Shown: positions 11,146-24,010 of the stretch, piece after piece
Layout of the letters: every line of letters starts with the position of its first letter
Numbering within the stretch: position 1 is the first letter of the stretch
Assembly (NCBI GenBank): GCA_016906335.1
Contig: JADEYG010000015.1
Location: forward strand, 124,001 to 188,000
From: Novakomyces olei
Taxonomy: Eukaryota
DNA length: 64,000 bases
Direction: 5' to 3'
Made by a program: the position numbers and the translations under genes
Notes under the pieces: model-generated
What the model was told of the DNA's origin: nothing
Databases searched by the model: none
What the model saw: the letters and a program-made list of their open reading frames with translations, nothing else

Positions 11146-13264
11146 TCAATCTTCTCGTGAAGGCTGACGGTCTTCCCCTGGCGTCTCTGGTCTGAAATGA
11201 TTTTGTACTGAATTTTGTACAGACGCTGCAAACCGGTTGAAAACCGTGCTCGACTTGGAAAAAGCATGAGTCAGTTGCTCCTTTGCATGGTTCATATCGC
11301 CAAAAATCTCATTTGAGAAAATCTCTCTCGGGAACGATTCCTTAGATTCTTCCTTGTTCATTTTTTCGCTCGATAGGGCCCTTGAAGAGTTCCCAAAAAA
11401 TTCAGAAAGGTTCGGAGTTCTAAAGAACCTGGAAGAATTGCTACTGCTGCCCGGATCAGAGCCTGGAACACTGCCATTTTTTATTAACGGCTTGGCCGTG
11501 TACTGGTGCGTCTGTAGGTCTCTTGTTAATTTAATCAACGATTCAATCTCGCAATCCGGGTACCGCTGTAGCATTTTAATCGTATCCGCAAAGTTTGCCT
11601 GAGAAATTTGATCACGCAAGTTGATAACCATTGCACAGCAAAAGTCAAGTACGTAATCCAATTCAAAAGCCATTTGTGCCGGACCTTTGGAGCCAGAGGA
11701 TTTATCTGTATTGTAATTATTACCTCCATTCGGCAGAGCGCGTTGAGCAGCATCGGCAAAACAAGAATCCCATAGCCTTATTAAATCAGGCAATGCAAAT
11801 TCTTGGCTCAAGAGACACGTTAGCCAACGAAAAGCGAAATAAGCAGGTTCAACCTCCTTTTGCAATAAATTATCAGCCAAAGGCCCATCGTAATCGCCGA
11901 GTCGGCTCATGAATCTCCGAAGAATAGCGTCAGTGCCTCGAGAATCGTCATGGTCCAGCATTCTCTCGTACAAGTCACGAGCCCCCGACATTAAATGCGT
12001 AAAACACCAAAATGAATCTGCCTCAGCGTGTGCTCGAGCATGTACATCCTGATCGTTGGCAATTACGTAGTACAGTGGAGCAAGAATCTCATTCATGCCT
12101 TGAACATAGCCCACACCAGGATTAAGCTTAGCAAAGACGAACAGTATTCTCTCTAGGGCCTCCCAATGATAATCGTAAAGACCTGTATCACTATCAGCCT
12201 CATCAAAACTCGGCTTATCGTGACTGCTATTGCGGTTCAAGTGCTGGATTCTCCTGAATATTGCTCTCCGAGAAGCGATCCTCTTGACACTTGACCCGTT
12301 TTCCGATACGATATCGTCACTATGAAACCCAGAATCATCAGCCTCCGTAACAACCGGCGAAAGCGGGCAGAGATCGTTTCCAACAACTTGTTTTTGAAAG
12401 AACGCAATGTCGGGTAAAGTGCGCCGTACGTCTTTGTCTAACTGCTCTAAAGTCTGATTGTCCCGAAAATAAGCATTCCATTTGGAATCCTTGTCCTCCG
12501 ATAAAGGCTGTTTTGTAAGAAAGGATGTCCCCATTAAAAGAATACCAACTAAATTAGACAAAACTAAAATGAACGAAAATGAAAATGAAAATGAGGAATA
12601 AACATAAAGGAGAAATGGAAATAGGACAGATATCAGAGCTAAACTTAAATTAAGATAAAACAAAATATAAATAATAAATGGCGATGTCAATGACAATGGT
12701 ATTGCCAATGGCATTGCCAATGGCAATCAAAAGAAAAAACAACACCAATTCTATTTTTTCGCAATAAACATGAAAATCAACAATCTGAAACAAATTGCTC
12801 TATAGCCCATAAAGCATAGTTTAACGAATTTTCTGAGAAACAAGTGGCACGGTGCACTTACATGATCCGGATTTATACTCTCCTCGGCTTCTTTCCACGG
12901 CTCTACCAACAAATCTTCAACAAATTTCTGTCATTTAGACGGATATAATTCAAAAAGCGGCGTACGTAGTAAGTATTTCTCTTATCGCTCAGCACCGTGT
13001 CCCATTGCGCGATCTCCACCGGCGCGTATCCCAATAAAACCTTCCATACTTTAGGCCGAAGATTGCATTCGTCTGGAATCCCTTTTGACTTTAACAAACA
13101 GCCTTTCTTCACAATCCACTCAATTACCTGTCATGCAAAGCTGGCAGAGCTCCTCAAGGTCGATCTCTTTGCCCTCGATAGGGTTCACGGCCTGGTTTAT
13201 GCGCTGTATCCTGACGATCAGATAATTGCAGAGATCTTTTGACTAACTTTGCAAGTAGAGACAT
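11146..13264 (-). CDS. TBC1D13: Rab GTPase-activating protein, TBC1D13-like; introns 13247-13211, 13127-13082, 12965-12928, 12861-12508
   Basis: IDLEELCQLCMTG|IPDECNLRPKVWKVLLGY, DH|PLS, QLDKDVRRTLPD, LNPGVGYVQGMNEILAP, FAFRWLTCLLSQEF..DLIRLWD. Confidence 0.9.
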
Positions 13265-13916
13265 TGAGATCTAACAAATCGCGCGCAACGGCCGTCGTGA
13301 CCATCACAAGTCTCGTGAAGCGAATATCTAATTGTCGTACAGAGATCGACGGGTCTGTGCACCGTTTACTATATTGTAATTTTATTATTTTATTTTTGAT
13401 CTGGTGCGTTTTTTATACGCTGCTTCATAATTGTACAAGCTTCATAAAAGATTCATACACACTGCTCCATATATTATTTGCCGTACTTTACTAGCCAATC
13501 CACGTCTCTTAAGCATTTACACAGAATGATTTACATTAAATTATACGTTTGCCATACAAAATAGCGTACTATAGAGCCAAAGTACGCTGTTTACATATCG
13601 AAGAGCCACAAATGTTTAGTATTCATATTAAAAGATGATACAGTATCAAAAGTAACATAGTCTTTGTAACAGAGGTCAACGTGGCCGAGGCCGTCGCGAT
13701 GGCAGAATTTCGACGGACACTTGCACAATCAAAGTCTCACACCAATCTCAGACTCGTCAGCCAAATAATACAGCCTTGAAGCCAAAAAATCCCAAAATAC
13801 TCGTACAAATGTGTGGAACCCCGTCACCAACAAGAATGGGTATAATCAAAGCTGTGCAATACTAGTACAACAAATTTGTATTTTAAACTCTTTTGCCTTT
13901 GATTTGTTCTGCTCCT

Positions 13917-14561
13917 TTACAGTAGAGTAAACCCGGTCCATACGACGGCCAGCGCGCCTAGAGCGAATTTAATCGTCGCCGCCGAGTCGCCAAAAGGATA
14001 AATTGCGTCCTTATTGGCGGCAGACGAGGGACTCGCTTCTGTAACGCTCCCAGTGACAGAGGAACTCGGCGCAGACGAGTCAGTGGTAGAAGGCAATGGT
14101 TCTGAAGATTGTGAATTTGAAGATTGTACTCCTGAAGATTGTGAACTTGATGATTGTACAGCTGATGTGGGCGTTGACGATACAGAGACAGATGGAGAGC
14201 TTGCGGGTACACTGCTTGTCGTGGTAATGCCCACAACGCTGTCATACTCGGCCCCGACATAAGAAGTGAGCAGGCCGAGGTCGCTGCTTCTGCCCAATTG
14301 CCTTAGACGGCTCTCAAACGAGACCAGCTCGGACGAGTCGAGCCTCGTTACAATCACATCGATCTGGGACACGTAGTTTCCGAAACCGGTAAAAGTTGCG
14401 AGTGAAGTAGCAGACGAGTTGCTCGAGACAGTTGGACTCGTTTCTAGTGCAGCGTATGTCGAGTTTGTAGAAGTCAAAGTCGCTGTTGATTGTGCAATTG
14501 CTGAGGGGAGACATAGGCTTGTCGCAATAAAAAAATACAATATTCTATTGCTCAAAAGCAT
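13917..14561 (-). CDS. Secreted Ser/Thr-rich, probably GPI-anchored cell-surface protein (214 aa)
   Basis: N-terminal signal peptide, very Ser/Thr-rich body, SSAAN followed by a hydrophobic C-terminal tail. Confidence 0.8.
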   Translation of the reverse strand: MLLSNRILYFFIATSLCLPSAIAQSTATLTSTNSTYAALETSPTVSSNSSATSLATFTGFGNYVSQIDVIVTRLDSSELVSFESRLRQLGRSSDLGLLTSYVGAEYDSVVGITTTSSVPASSPSVSVSSTPTSAVQSSSSQSSGVQSSNSQSSEPLPSTTDSSAPSSSVTGSVTEASPSSAANKDAIYPFGDSAATIKFALGALAVVWTGFTLL

Positions 14562-15483
14562 TGTCGGGCTTTATGTATAAGAGACTGCGCATACGCTGCG
14601 CCGCTGCAATAAAAAAAATTAATCAATTCGGCCACTGATTCGGGGATTACAGGACCGCCCTTCGCTGTTGCCAATCCGTGAAAAATCTGTGAAAATTGTT
14701 TGAAAATCTGAGACACGTTCGAACGCCGATCCTGCTGGTGCGAAAATGGTACAGTCCTGACAAACAATTATAGTATTCCCCTCTGCAGCGCGCCTCGTAA
14801 CCCTCTTTAAAGCTGTGCCGATTGTCTGCCTGTTTGCTCTATCGCGACTCCAAAGTCGCGATCGTTCGCTGCTTGGTACAGCGGCCGTTCGCTAAATTAT
14901 GTCGTCACCGATAAATTATACCCTAATTAAAAGACACGGGCACAATAGTGGAACCGATAATACAATTTTATTGCTTGCGCGTTCCCTTTCTCTTTTTGTA
15001 CAAATATTGATATTGGCACGTGTGTAATTAGCACAAAACATCATACTTCTCGGCATGGATCATTTAAAATAATAATAATGATGTGATTGTAGATTTATTA
15101 TTTGTTTTACTTGCACTCCTCAGACTACCGTAGAATTAATCTGACTCGATTACGGAAAATTATGAGGCAAGCCTAGCGTGTATCCCACTTTAATAAAATA
15201 AAATAATATTATATAAAATAAATCAAATCAAATCTTACAGAATAGTTTCGAGTCTGGATCTACAATGTCTCCACATCGTACGGGAAAGTTTGACTTCAGG
15301 TATCAAATGCTTATGTATCACAAGGTTTTGCTCCAAGTTGAACGTATACAATGTTTATTCATTAGTTAAAGTATTCTAATACACATTTAAATGCTGCTTT
15401 TCCCCTATAGGTCATTTGCTATACAGTCTGCTCCTTGTAAACACTTTCCGAGCCCAAATTTTTATCCACTCACTCAATACTCT

Positions 15484-18400
15484 CTACGGCTGAGGGTACG
15501 GCTCCTTTGGTCGATGCTTTTTCACAACTTTTACCTTTTTCTTGCGTTTTACCACGGGAGCTTCAGCCAGCACAAGCTTCTCGCTCACCCCAGTCGTGGG
15601 TGTATCATTTTTAGCTATATTCTTTGAACTTTCATCATCGTCCACATTCGCGTTTGCTTCGTTTTGAAAAGACAAATTTTCTAGCGGGTTTTGCGCCTTG
15701 AAAATGTTAGCTTGTCGGCGCTGCTCAAGCTGGAACTTTTCCGCGTAAGCTGTTGCTGCTTCTGCGGCTTGAGTGCTTTTGCTTTGAGAATCGTTGCCTC
15801 CACCGACTCTTTGAGGCATTTCATCCTGCAAAATTTCTGCAGCCTCATGCTCACGTAAACTGCCTCGATTACGACGGCCAGTTGTAGCTGCAGCCGACTT
15901 TGGCAGTCGGCGCTTAACTACAGTATGGATATCGGCGGAAAGAGCTAAAGATTTTGTTGGCTGATCCTCGATTCCGTCAAGAGGCGATAGTGGAGGAGTT
16001 TGAGCAAGATTTCCAGGGAGCAGTTGCCCCTTTGCATCAACATTCCCATTATCATTTCCATTATTATTACTGTTTTTGTTATTATTGTTATTATTATTTG
16101 TCTCTTTGTCCATAATGTAGAAAGGATCGTCTTTGAGCCTTTCTCGGCGCTCGGCAATACGTTTTTCCCGAGCCTCATCCAATACTTTTTGCGACTGCAA
16201 TTGTAACTGCGCATCGGCTTCTTCAAAGCCTGGCAAATTGCCCTCTAATACTGAAGTTTTGCCCGTAGATTCTGCGAAAGACTGCACTTGAGGAGATGGA
16301 GGAGGCGTATGGATCCATTTATCAATATCAACGCTTGTCTGCACGAGACTCTGTGCATTCGGCGCGACAGGATGCAGTTTTGGTCTTTCATATAAAGCGG
16401 AAAGGACGTTTAGTTCTGCAGGAAAGTGGGGATCAGCATCGTCATACTGGCTTTTGTCAAACTGGCCATTGCCGAACCGGCTTTCGTCGTGACTATCACC
16501 CTCGCCGTTTCTTTCGTCAGATGGACTGTCAGTCTTACCAATAGCTTCTTTAATGTACAAAATAATCTGCTGCAACTGACACGCACGGGTCTGAAGTTCT
16601 AATATAGGCGAAATTGCCCGCTCTTCACAGTACTCTGAAAGCCTCCGACACCACATTGACACATTCGTCCTTTTTTCCAAGGACCAGCCACGATCCTGAC
16701 GCATCCAGACCCAAAAGATTTTAGGGACCGCTTGGAAAACTTCCATTTCAAAATTGGCCTTTTCATCTCCACTATCTTGTTCTCCTCCTTCGTTTCCGAG
16801 CGAAATATTAGCGGAGCCCATAAAGCGCCGGCTGTTTATGAGGCAGTCCAGCACCGTCCATGGGTCGGCAAGCAGCTCTGCATACTCTCCAAGGATCCAC
16901 ACAATAGTAGCGCAAGCTGCCCTATTTGCAAATTCAGAGGAAGACAGTAAGCTCGTATCCGTAATTACATTAGACAAAAGTCCAATTGCGTAGGGCTGAA
17001 CTTGCCTAACCCTAACACAAACGTTCCGTATCTCAAACTCCAAAATTCGGGAGACATTTACGGTAGAAATCCGTAGTAAATCCACGAGGACGGCGATGTA
17101 CCACTCGAAATTTGCCACTGCTCCATAATTATTCGCACTGGCCATTACTTGTATTTTGTACACAATATCAGATCTATATTGATCTGATAAGGCCAATGGA
17201 GATGCGGGGACTAATTGCAGCATTAGCTTGCGTACAATTTCCGGGAAATTCTCCCTGTTGGCCATTCCGACACACAGCTCGAGCGAACGCAGTCGGATCG
17301 ATATGTCGGGGTCCGTTAAGCACTCGAGCACAACATGATCGAGCTGCGCAATCATGTCTGGATGGACCCGAACAATGCTGCCCATTGCAAGAAGCCCCAC
17401 GTATTTTACTGGCAGTTAGAGATTAATATAAAATACGGAACAGAAATATTAATCGCACAATAGAATATTATTTTAAAATCAAAAGTAAAATAGAACAAAA
17501 TTTGGAAAAATGGATATAACAATAGTCAATAAATTGAAAAAAAAAATAACGAATTGATAAATATATATTTATATTTACAACGAAAGAATAATCTCTGGTC
17601 AAGCTCCTGCAACGAGTTACCATGCAATACTTACAATTCTGATCGGTTTCTGTGAAGAATGAAGATAATTTACTCACGCACAACTGTGAGAGAACGTCCG
17701 CGCTACTGTGCCCCGTTAATAAGCCGCCACTAATCACACATTTAATGCACTCGTCCAGTAAACTTGTAGCCTGAGTCGTTTTGATTAGCGTCGTTAAGGG
17801 TGGAACTAGTTTGCGCTTCAAACGTGGTTCCAACGGTAAAAGATTCGTGAACAATTTGATCAATTTAATAAGCATCCAGTTGTTGGAAGATGTAGTAAGC
17901 AATTTAAACAAGGCCGGTGCAAGAGGCAAACAGCTGCTTGGAGACTTTCTGGCTAGTTCACATAGCACATTGACGGTAGCACAAACGACAGAGGCATCAG
18001 GATCATACAATTTGTCTTGCAATTTGCCCTGATACGCGCGTAAAGCTTCCGGGTACTGAAGCACAATCTTGTAGAGAGCCAGGACTGCTCGTTTCCGTAT
18101 ATACGGGCGTGAATGGTTCATCATTGGTAATACGTCATCACACAAATCTCGCGCAAGGCCGGGCGTTACAATATGAGCAAGACCATTAATAGCAAGAGCG
18201 ACTTCTAGTGCATTTGCCGAGGCCAGATCCTGCGAATTAGAATATGAGCGCGTGATAATGGCAAAACATTCGCACTCGATAGGCCAGAAAAAGTAGGGAG
18301 AGACAGGTGTAGAAGGGAGAAACAGGTGTAGAAGGGAGAAACAGGTGTAGAAAAAAAAGACGGCAATTGTACAAACACGGCAAACATGTACAAATCGAGC

Positions 18401-18892
18401 CTGTCTCCACGTCATCAAATCCTACTTAAAAATACATTGAATAAATAAACCAAATAAATAAAAACATAAAAACATGTCAAACAAAGCAGAGACAAACACA
18501 GATTAATGAAGGAGTATACCTTTTTAATCAAGTTGGTAGTAAGCATCAGTATATCCGTATCCTGGCGAAAAGACTGTGTCGCGGCAAGGTACCCGATCGC
18601 CTTTTGAGAGAACCGTGGAGCAGCCATAACCTCGACGATATGGAAACTCGCCCATGAGAGATCAAAGCCAAACATTTCCAGCTAAATTTTAGTTGATATT
18701 AGCTGGTAAAATAGTAGACGAGACGCAAATGCATACATAGGTGAGCTTGAGAGTAGCCTGGGCTTTTATCTCCAAATCTTGCGATTTCACTTCCCGACGG
18801 CATTCTGTAATTGCTTGTGCAATATACCGCGCTTCCTGGTCCTTATTTGCGCGGAGACCGCGAATAAGGTCGTTTAGATTCTTTTCAAACAT
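15484..18892 (-). CDS. APL5: AP-3 adaptor complex delta subunit; introns 18736-18682, 18519-18230, 17634-17409
   Basis: MFEKNLNDLIRGLRAN, LTY|LEMFGFDLSWASFHIVEVM, TTNLIKK|DL, SSNNWMLIKLIKLF, DQN|LKYVGLL, DDPFYI. Confidence 0.94.
18294..18355. repeat. 19-bp tandem repeat x3 (acaggtgtagaagggagaa) in APL5 intron 2
   Basis: Units start at 18303, 18322 and 18341. Confidence 0.9.
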
Positions 18893-19332
18893 TTTTCACG
18901 TCGCTCGGAGGACCTGTCGGTCGCCTGCGTTTCTACAATCGGTACTCATGACCCAAACGTGGCATCGCGGCCGGCGTGGAAACTGTATGATATCGGTATA
19001 ATAACGCTCTATTAATATTAATATTAAATATTGTTTAAGAATTGTATATAAAACTGTACGTTCTGCGAGAACCGACGATGCGACTTGCTCGCCAATTATT
19101 TTAATTTATCCTATATTCTATATTCTATTTTTTTTAATTTAATTTGTTTAGGGTTTATATTCAATCTGTTAGGGTTTATATTTATAAATTTCAGTCTTCC
19201 TTCATAAGGTATAATAAATACGTCCAATAAACGTACAACATTTAAATACGTACAAGAGATACAAATAAACTCGAACCCTCGACAATACCTATAAAAACCA
19301 CATCTCCGACACTTCCGTCTGAGCCAATAGCA

Positions 19333-19643
19333 ATGCCGGTGCCGTTCGAAGCACTTTTGCCGTTCGGCATCGTAGTCGTAATGTTTGCCGCCGGTGGAAC
19401 ATTGGCGTCTGCGATCAAACAGTACGAGCACGAGGGACAGGTGAGTATTGTCTGGTGTCTATTACTAACAAGCAGCCTCCTCGCAACCGATTGGATCGAT
19501 GGGATCGTATGATGATGGCGCGGGATCAAAGGCTTAACGGCGGGCGGCTTAGAGCTCAAGTTGACAGCGCTGTAGCGCCGGAAGAGTTCAAGACGAACGG
19601 TAAACAGATCCTCGAAGAGCAGCCAGGATTGGCTTTTTTTTGA
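19333..19643 (+). CDS. NDUFA1: NADH:ubiquinone oxidoreductase subunit NDUFA1 (MWFE/NIMM); intron 19441-19475; C-terminus uncertain (possible second intron 19600-20114)
   Basis: MPVPFEALLPFGIVVVMF...EGQ|PPRNRLDRWDRMMMARDQRL..RAQVDSAVAPEEFKTN matches the fungal NIMM pattern; the first exon is missed by the ORF track. Confidence 0.85.
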
Positions 19644-19810
19644 GATTACAAGTGTTTGAGTGCCATAAAGATCGGCGGCCGTTTCGTTTGATAAGCAGTT
19701 GACTATGCGATCAGTTGGCAATTAGTTGATCTGTTAATTCGTTAATCAATCAATCAATTAATTAATTAATTAATCGATCAATCGTCTGTCAACTAGTTCA
19801 TTACATCTCA

Positions 19811-19880
19811 ACGAGTGATGACCGTGTGGTTCGTATTACCTACCGATGGAGTGAGGCTTGGCGACTTTGCAGCTGATCAG
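19811..19880 (+). ncRNA. Candidate box C/D snoRNA
   Basis: Box C GTGATGA 19815-19821, D'-like CCGA 19843-19846, C'-like GTGAGG, box D CTGA 19873-19876; a GC-balanced island in AT-rich flanks; target not identified. Confidence 0.45.
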
Positions 19881-20431
19881 ATCATTGTGCTATTAGCGGA
19901 TTGCGATTTCTAATTGATTGTATTCAAAAAAGTCAAACGCCTTTTAATATGTTGCTTTGGCATGGATAAATTCGATTTTTACTAGTGTTGTATACTGTAC
20001 AATTTTACAGACTTTTACAGACATTTACAGACATTGCCGTCTTACTTATACCCAGTCTGCCTACACTGTCACCCATTAGAAATCATATCATAACAAAGCC
20101 ATTAACTCTTCTAGTCCTGGAATCACAACGCGACAAAACGTGAATCATTCAAGCAAAACAATTTGGAAAATAAAAAACTGAAAATATTTAGGTAAAATAA
20201 TCGATGAATAAATAATTAATTGATAAACACAAAAAAAAACTTACAACTGAAAATATTTCTTAGACCCGCAAAATCAAAAATGCTTGGAGCCTTGCCGTTT
20301 GATACACGGAAACCAAACAGAGTCGAGCCCAGTGAATTAAAGCTATAAAATAAATAAATAAAAATAAACTAATAAATTGATCGGTTAATCAATTAATAAA
20401 ATATACAAGTAAAAACAAAATAATCCTTAAA

Positions 20432-22775
20432 TCATCCACTCGACCCGCCCACAATCATATCACTCATTGCAAACAACAAATCGTCCTCCTCATTGATCGC
20501 GTTCCCAGTCACTGCCTGGCTATCACCGGCGTGGGCAGTTTCATCGTCCACGGCTGCTGTTGCAGTTTCAGCCTCTCGACTACTTTCACCGCCACCCTCA
20601 TACAAGCCTGGTCCTGCCTCCGGCTGAGAGGCAACTGAAGAGCAGTTCGCGTTTCTTGCAAAGCCGTTTAAACTGCCAAGGTTTGCAGAATAAAGGCGGC
20701 GCGTACTTGATGCGTCTTCCATGGCAGTGCGAGGCCGTCTTACGCTTTCTCCATCGGCTCTTGATCCGGCAACTGCCGCATCATAAGCGTCTCGAGGACC
20801 GAGGTTGATTGATGAACGTATTTGCCTCTGTTCATGAGCCTGGATGTCGTCGCCAAAGGCCGTCTGACCGGGAACTGACAGGGAAACTGGTCGAGTCTGT
20901 CCGCGCCAAAGACCCATGGATTCTGTTTGGGACTGTTTGTGTTTTGGCACTGGCTCGTGCAGGTTTTGAGCCTTGGCTTGTTGGGAAAACAGGTCATTAA
21001 TTCCCGCTTCAGTCCGCTGATTATTAGCAAAAAGAGCGTGTGGAATTAAAGCCATAGATTCACTTGTTAGCGGCCTATTTGCCAAAGCACTGTCAGGGTT
21101 GGCAGAGGTATTTGCAGAGGTATTTGCCGTTTGAATTGCTCCAGCACTCGTTGATCTGTTTATTGTATTATTGCCGAGTAGCGTATTGCTATTGTTCAGC
21201 AATGGATTAGTTTTGTTCATAGTGCCCATGGCAAGTAGAGGATTGGGCAGGGCACCGGTATTTCCGGTAGAACTTGCCGTATTCCCGGCCATTACGCTGG
21301 TCGATAGCTGCTCTCCCATCTCTGCATGAGCTTCTCTTAGCAGCTGGAACTTTTGCAGCCTTGCGTCCCACAGTGCTTTGCCGCCCTCAGCACTGCCGGC
21401 ACTTGAATGCGACGGCAGCTGTACTGATTGTGCACCAAAGGACTCCTGTTTTACAGCCACGGGGCCCGTAGTTGTACCAGCCTTTCCAGAGTTGCCGCCA
21501 AACAATAAGTTTGGCTGTGTGTCCAGCATACGCATAAAATCGCCTACATCGTTATCCAGGCTGGAAGCGGACGGTGGCCGATTGTAAACACTGCCAGACC
21601 GGCCAGATGGACTGGCAGCAACAAAATTAGTCTCGTCCTCACTTGATCTGTGACTGGAGACACTTGCTCTAGCACGTAAAAGGTACTGGCCATCCCGGCG
21701 AGAGCCAAAAGAGGAAGAGTACCTCTTGAAAGAGGAAGCTCGAGGACTCGAGGCCGCTCCAGCAGCACCCACAGTGGCAGTTTGTCCTGTATTTTCAATT
21801 GGATTTCTTACAGCTGCACTTTCACCTCGAAGCGAGGCCAACGAAGCAGCAGAACCCGCACTCTCCGGCCTCAGTATCGGCCTTCCAGCTGCTCCTGCTC
21901 CACTAGAGCTCCGTCGGGCTTCAGCGATTGCCGATGAAGGCGAGGCTGACAGTGAGGGGGTCTTGAAAGGCTGAACAAATGTGACAGAAGGTCTTCTGCC
22001 CACAGGAATCCTGTCCTGAAACGATCCATTACTGCCCCGATCAAAGCTGCTCTTCGAGTTTTGGAATGAATCCAGGTTGTTTCGTTTCGATAATGAAGGT
22101 GCCCTTCTAGGCCCCGATAAAAGAGGACCCGAGTCAGGGTCTCCCCTTGGAATATTGGGAATCTCTTTGCCAGAGTAAGAATTGACGCCTCCGTCCTTTC
22201 CCGGGCTAGAATAGTTTTGAGGAGAACTGTACCGAAACTGACGCTGCTCTGCCGCCCGAACTCGACTATCCTGGTCCAGAAACTGAGAGCTAAGCAATTT
22301 ATCTGAATCGTCCACATCAAAATCACAATTGTTTCGGTACACGACTTTAATAGTAAAATCATAATCGGGAAGTGCAATACGGGCAAACTCATACGACCCT
22401 GGTGTCGGTCCTAAATCTCGTTTGGGCAGAGACAAGGCCAGGCTTTCTGACTGCGATAGGACTCGGCAGTCTAAATGATGTAGCGACCCATTCAGTTTCG
22501 AAGTAGCCAGCCGCTTTCGAAACTTGTGAGCCGGTAACAAACCTGCTAGCGTATAAGCACTTTTGAAGACAGCAATAGCTTTCTTGTAAGCCGAGGGCAG
22601 TTCAATATTATCGTCCCCCCGACGAACCTGCTGTGGCACTGACTGTGGTTGCTGCAGTGGAGGCTTTTGCAGTCCGATAATCCACCGTTCAAGTACGACT
22701 CTGCCATTATTGTTGTTGTTATTTTTATTATTATTATTGTTATTGTTGCTGTTGTTATTATTGTTGCTGTTGCTA

Positions 22776-22808
<33 letters not shown>

Positions 22809-23332
22809 TTGTTGCTACTATTATCCTTATTATTACTGTTGTTATTAGCTTCATCCACACGTTCACGCCGGCCCGTCTGTGCGTTATAGAGAAAAACAGA
22901 CTGGTTGGGTTTGAGGCGGGAGACGTCGAGGTACACCTCGATCACGAGTGGTGTATATTTTGCAAAATCAGTCTCAACGTCGAGTCCACGCCACAATCTA
23001 ACATCGTCCTTGAACGCGTCCGTATCGTCGAGCTCAATATTGAACCAGCGATTCGTCTTTTTAACCGCTGAGCCTTTAATCAGCTTTGGTGGCAGCCGTA
23101 GCCGCGATTGCAGAATGATCAGCGCGAGTTTCCAGTGCAGATTCTGACGTTAGCAATGAGCATTCAGGTACAGCAAACATCAGTAAAATCAGAGGCTCTT
23201 TCTTACCTGCACAAGCTGGTTGATCTTGGAGGCCCGAGCGTCACTTACACGCGGCTCCGTCCGCTCCAAGGATTCTGATACGTAACTTTCCGAGGGCGCC
23301 AAGTCCGGAGCGAAATGGTTGAGCCGGTTCAT
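20432..23332 (-). CDS. ATG13: Autophagy-related protein 13; intron 23206-23144
   Basis: KINQLVQ|NLHWKLALIILQSR, TNRWFNIEL, PLVIEVYLD, VVLERW and ELPSAYKKAI..Y.L..LLPA (HORMA domain); long Ser-rich disordered region; C-terminal DDLLFAMSD. Confidence 0.9.
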
Positions 23333-23597
23333 TTACGCTGACACTGACTGCCCCTCCTCGCTTTGCCGTCCGACCGTCGTATTGTATATACGGGACACGA
23401 GATTATACAGTAGAGCCTTAATCAGCTGCCAGCCGCTTCCGGTCAGTCGCCATGTCACCCGACAAGCGTTGCGGGTGGTGAGAGCAGAACTGTGCGATTC
23501 GAAAAAGCACAGTCTGCGAGACGTACAGTGACGGATCCTCTCACGGCACTATTGGTTCGACCGGGCAAGACTGTTCTACGGACCGATAAGATCAAAC

Positions 23598-23660
23598 GGT
23601 AATAGCAGTAGCAGTAGTAATAGTAATAGTAATAGCAGTAGTAATAGTAATAGTAATAAA
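23598..23660. repeat. (AGTAAT/AGTAGC)n hexamer microsatellite upstream of ATG13
   Basis: taatagcagtagcagtagtaatagtaat... Confidence 0.8.
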
Positions 23661-23904
23661 GATAGGGGTAAAGGCTGCTTGCCAGGCTTTAGGAAATGGG
23701 TTGAACCAATCACAGAGCCCCGTTGCCCACGCTCACGGTGCGACAGGTGAATTTAGTATGAGCAGTTAGGCGCAGACCAGGGGTCGCAAGACTGATGGTG
23801 GATGATATAATTATACGTATAATGTACGGTGGACGGTTTGGGACGCGAGGATTTGAAATTCGCATTATACAAGCTAGATATTTAATCTTTACAATACTGG
23901 AGAT

Positions 23905-24010
23905 TTAGTATGGAAGGTTATATGGAAGGTCGAATGGAAGGTTTAATATTGACGTTTTATATTGACGTTTAATATCGACGTCAGTATCGACGTTTTATAT
24001 GGAAGGTTAA
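23905..24010. repeat. Mosaic 12-14-bp minisatellite with ATGGAAGGT and AT(T/C)GACGT units
   Basis: ATGGAAGGT at 23910, 23922, 23934 and 23999; ATTGACGT at 23948 and 23961; ATCGACGT at 23974 and 23986. Confidence 0.8.

Noticed and set aside
12508-12726. Hydrophobic N-terminus of ORF 11146..12726 (and similar ends of 25085..25972 and 17468..18418)
   Set aside because: Read-through into T-rich introns; the true exons join upstream at conserved motifs.
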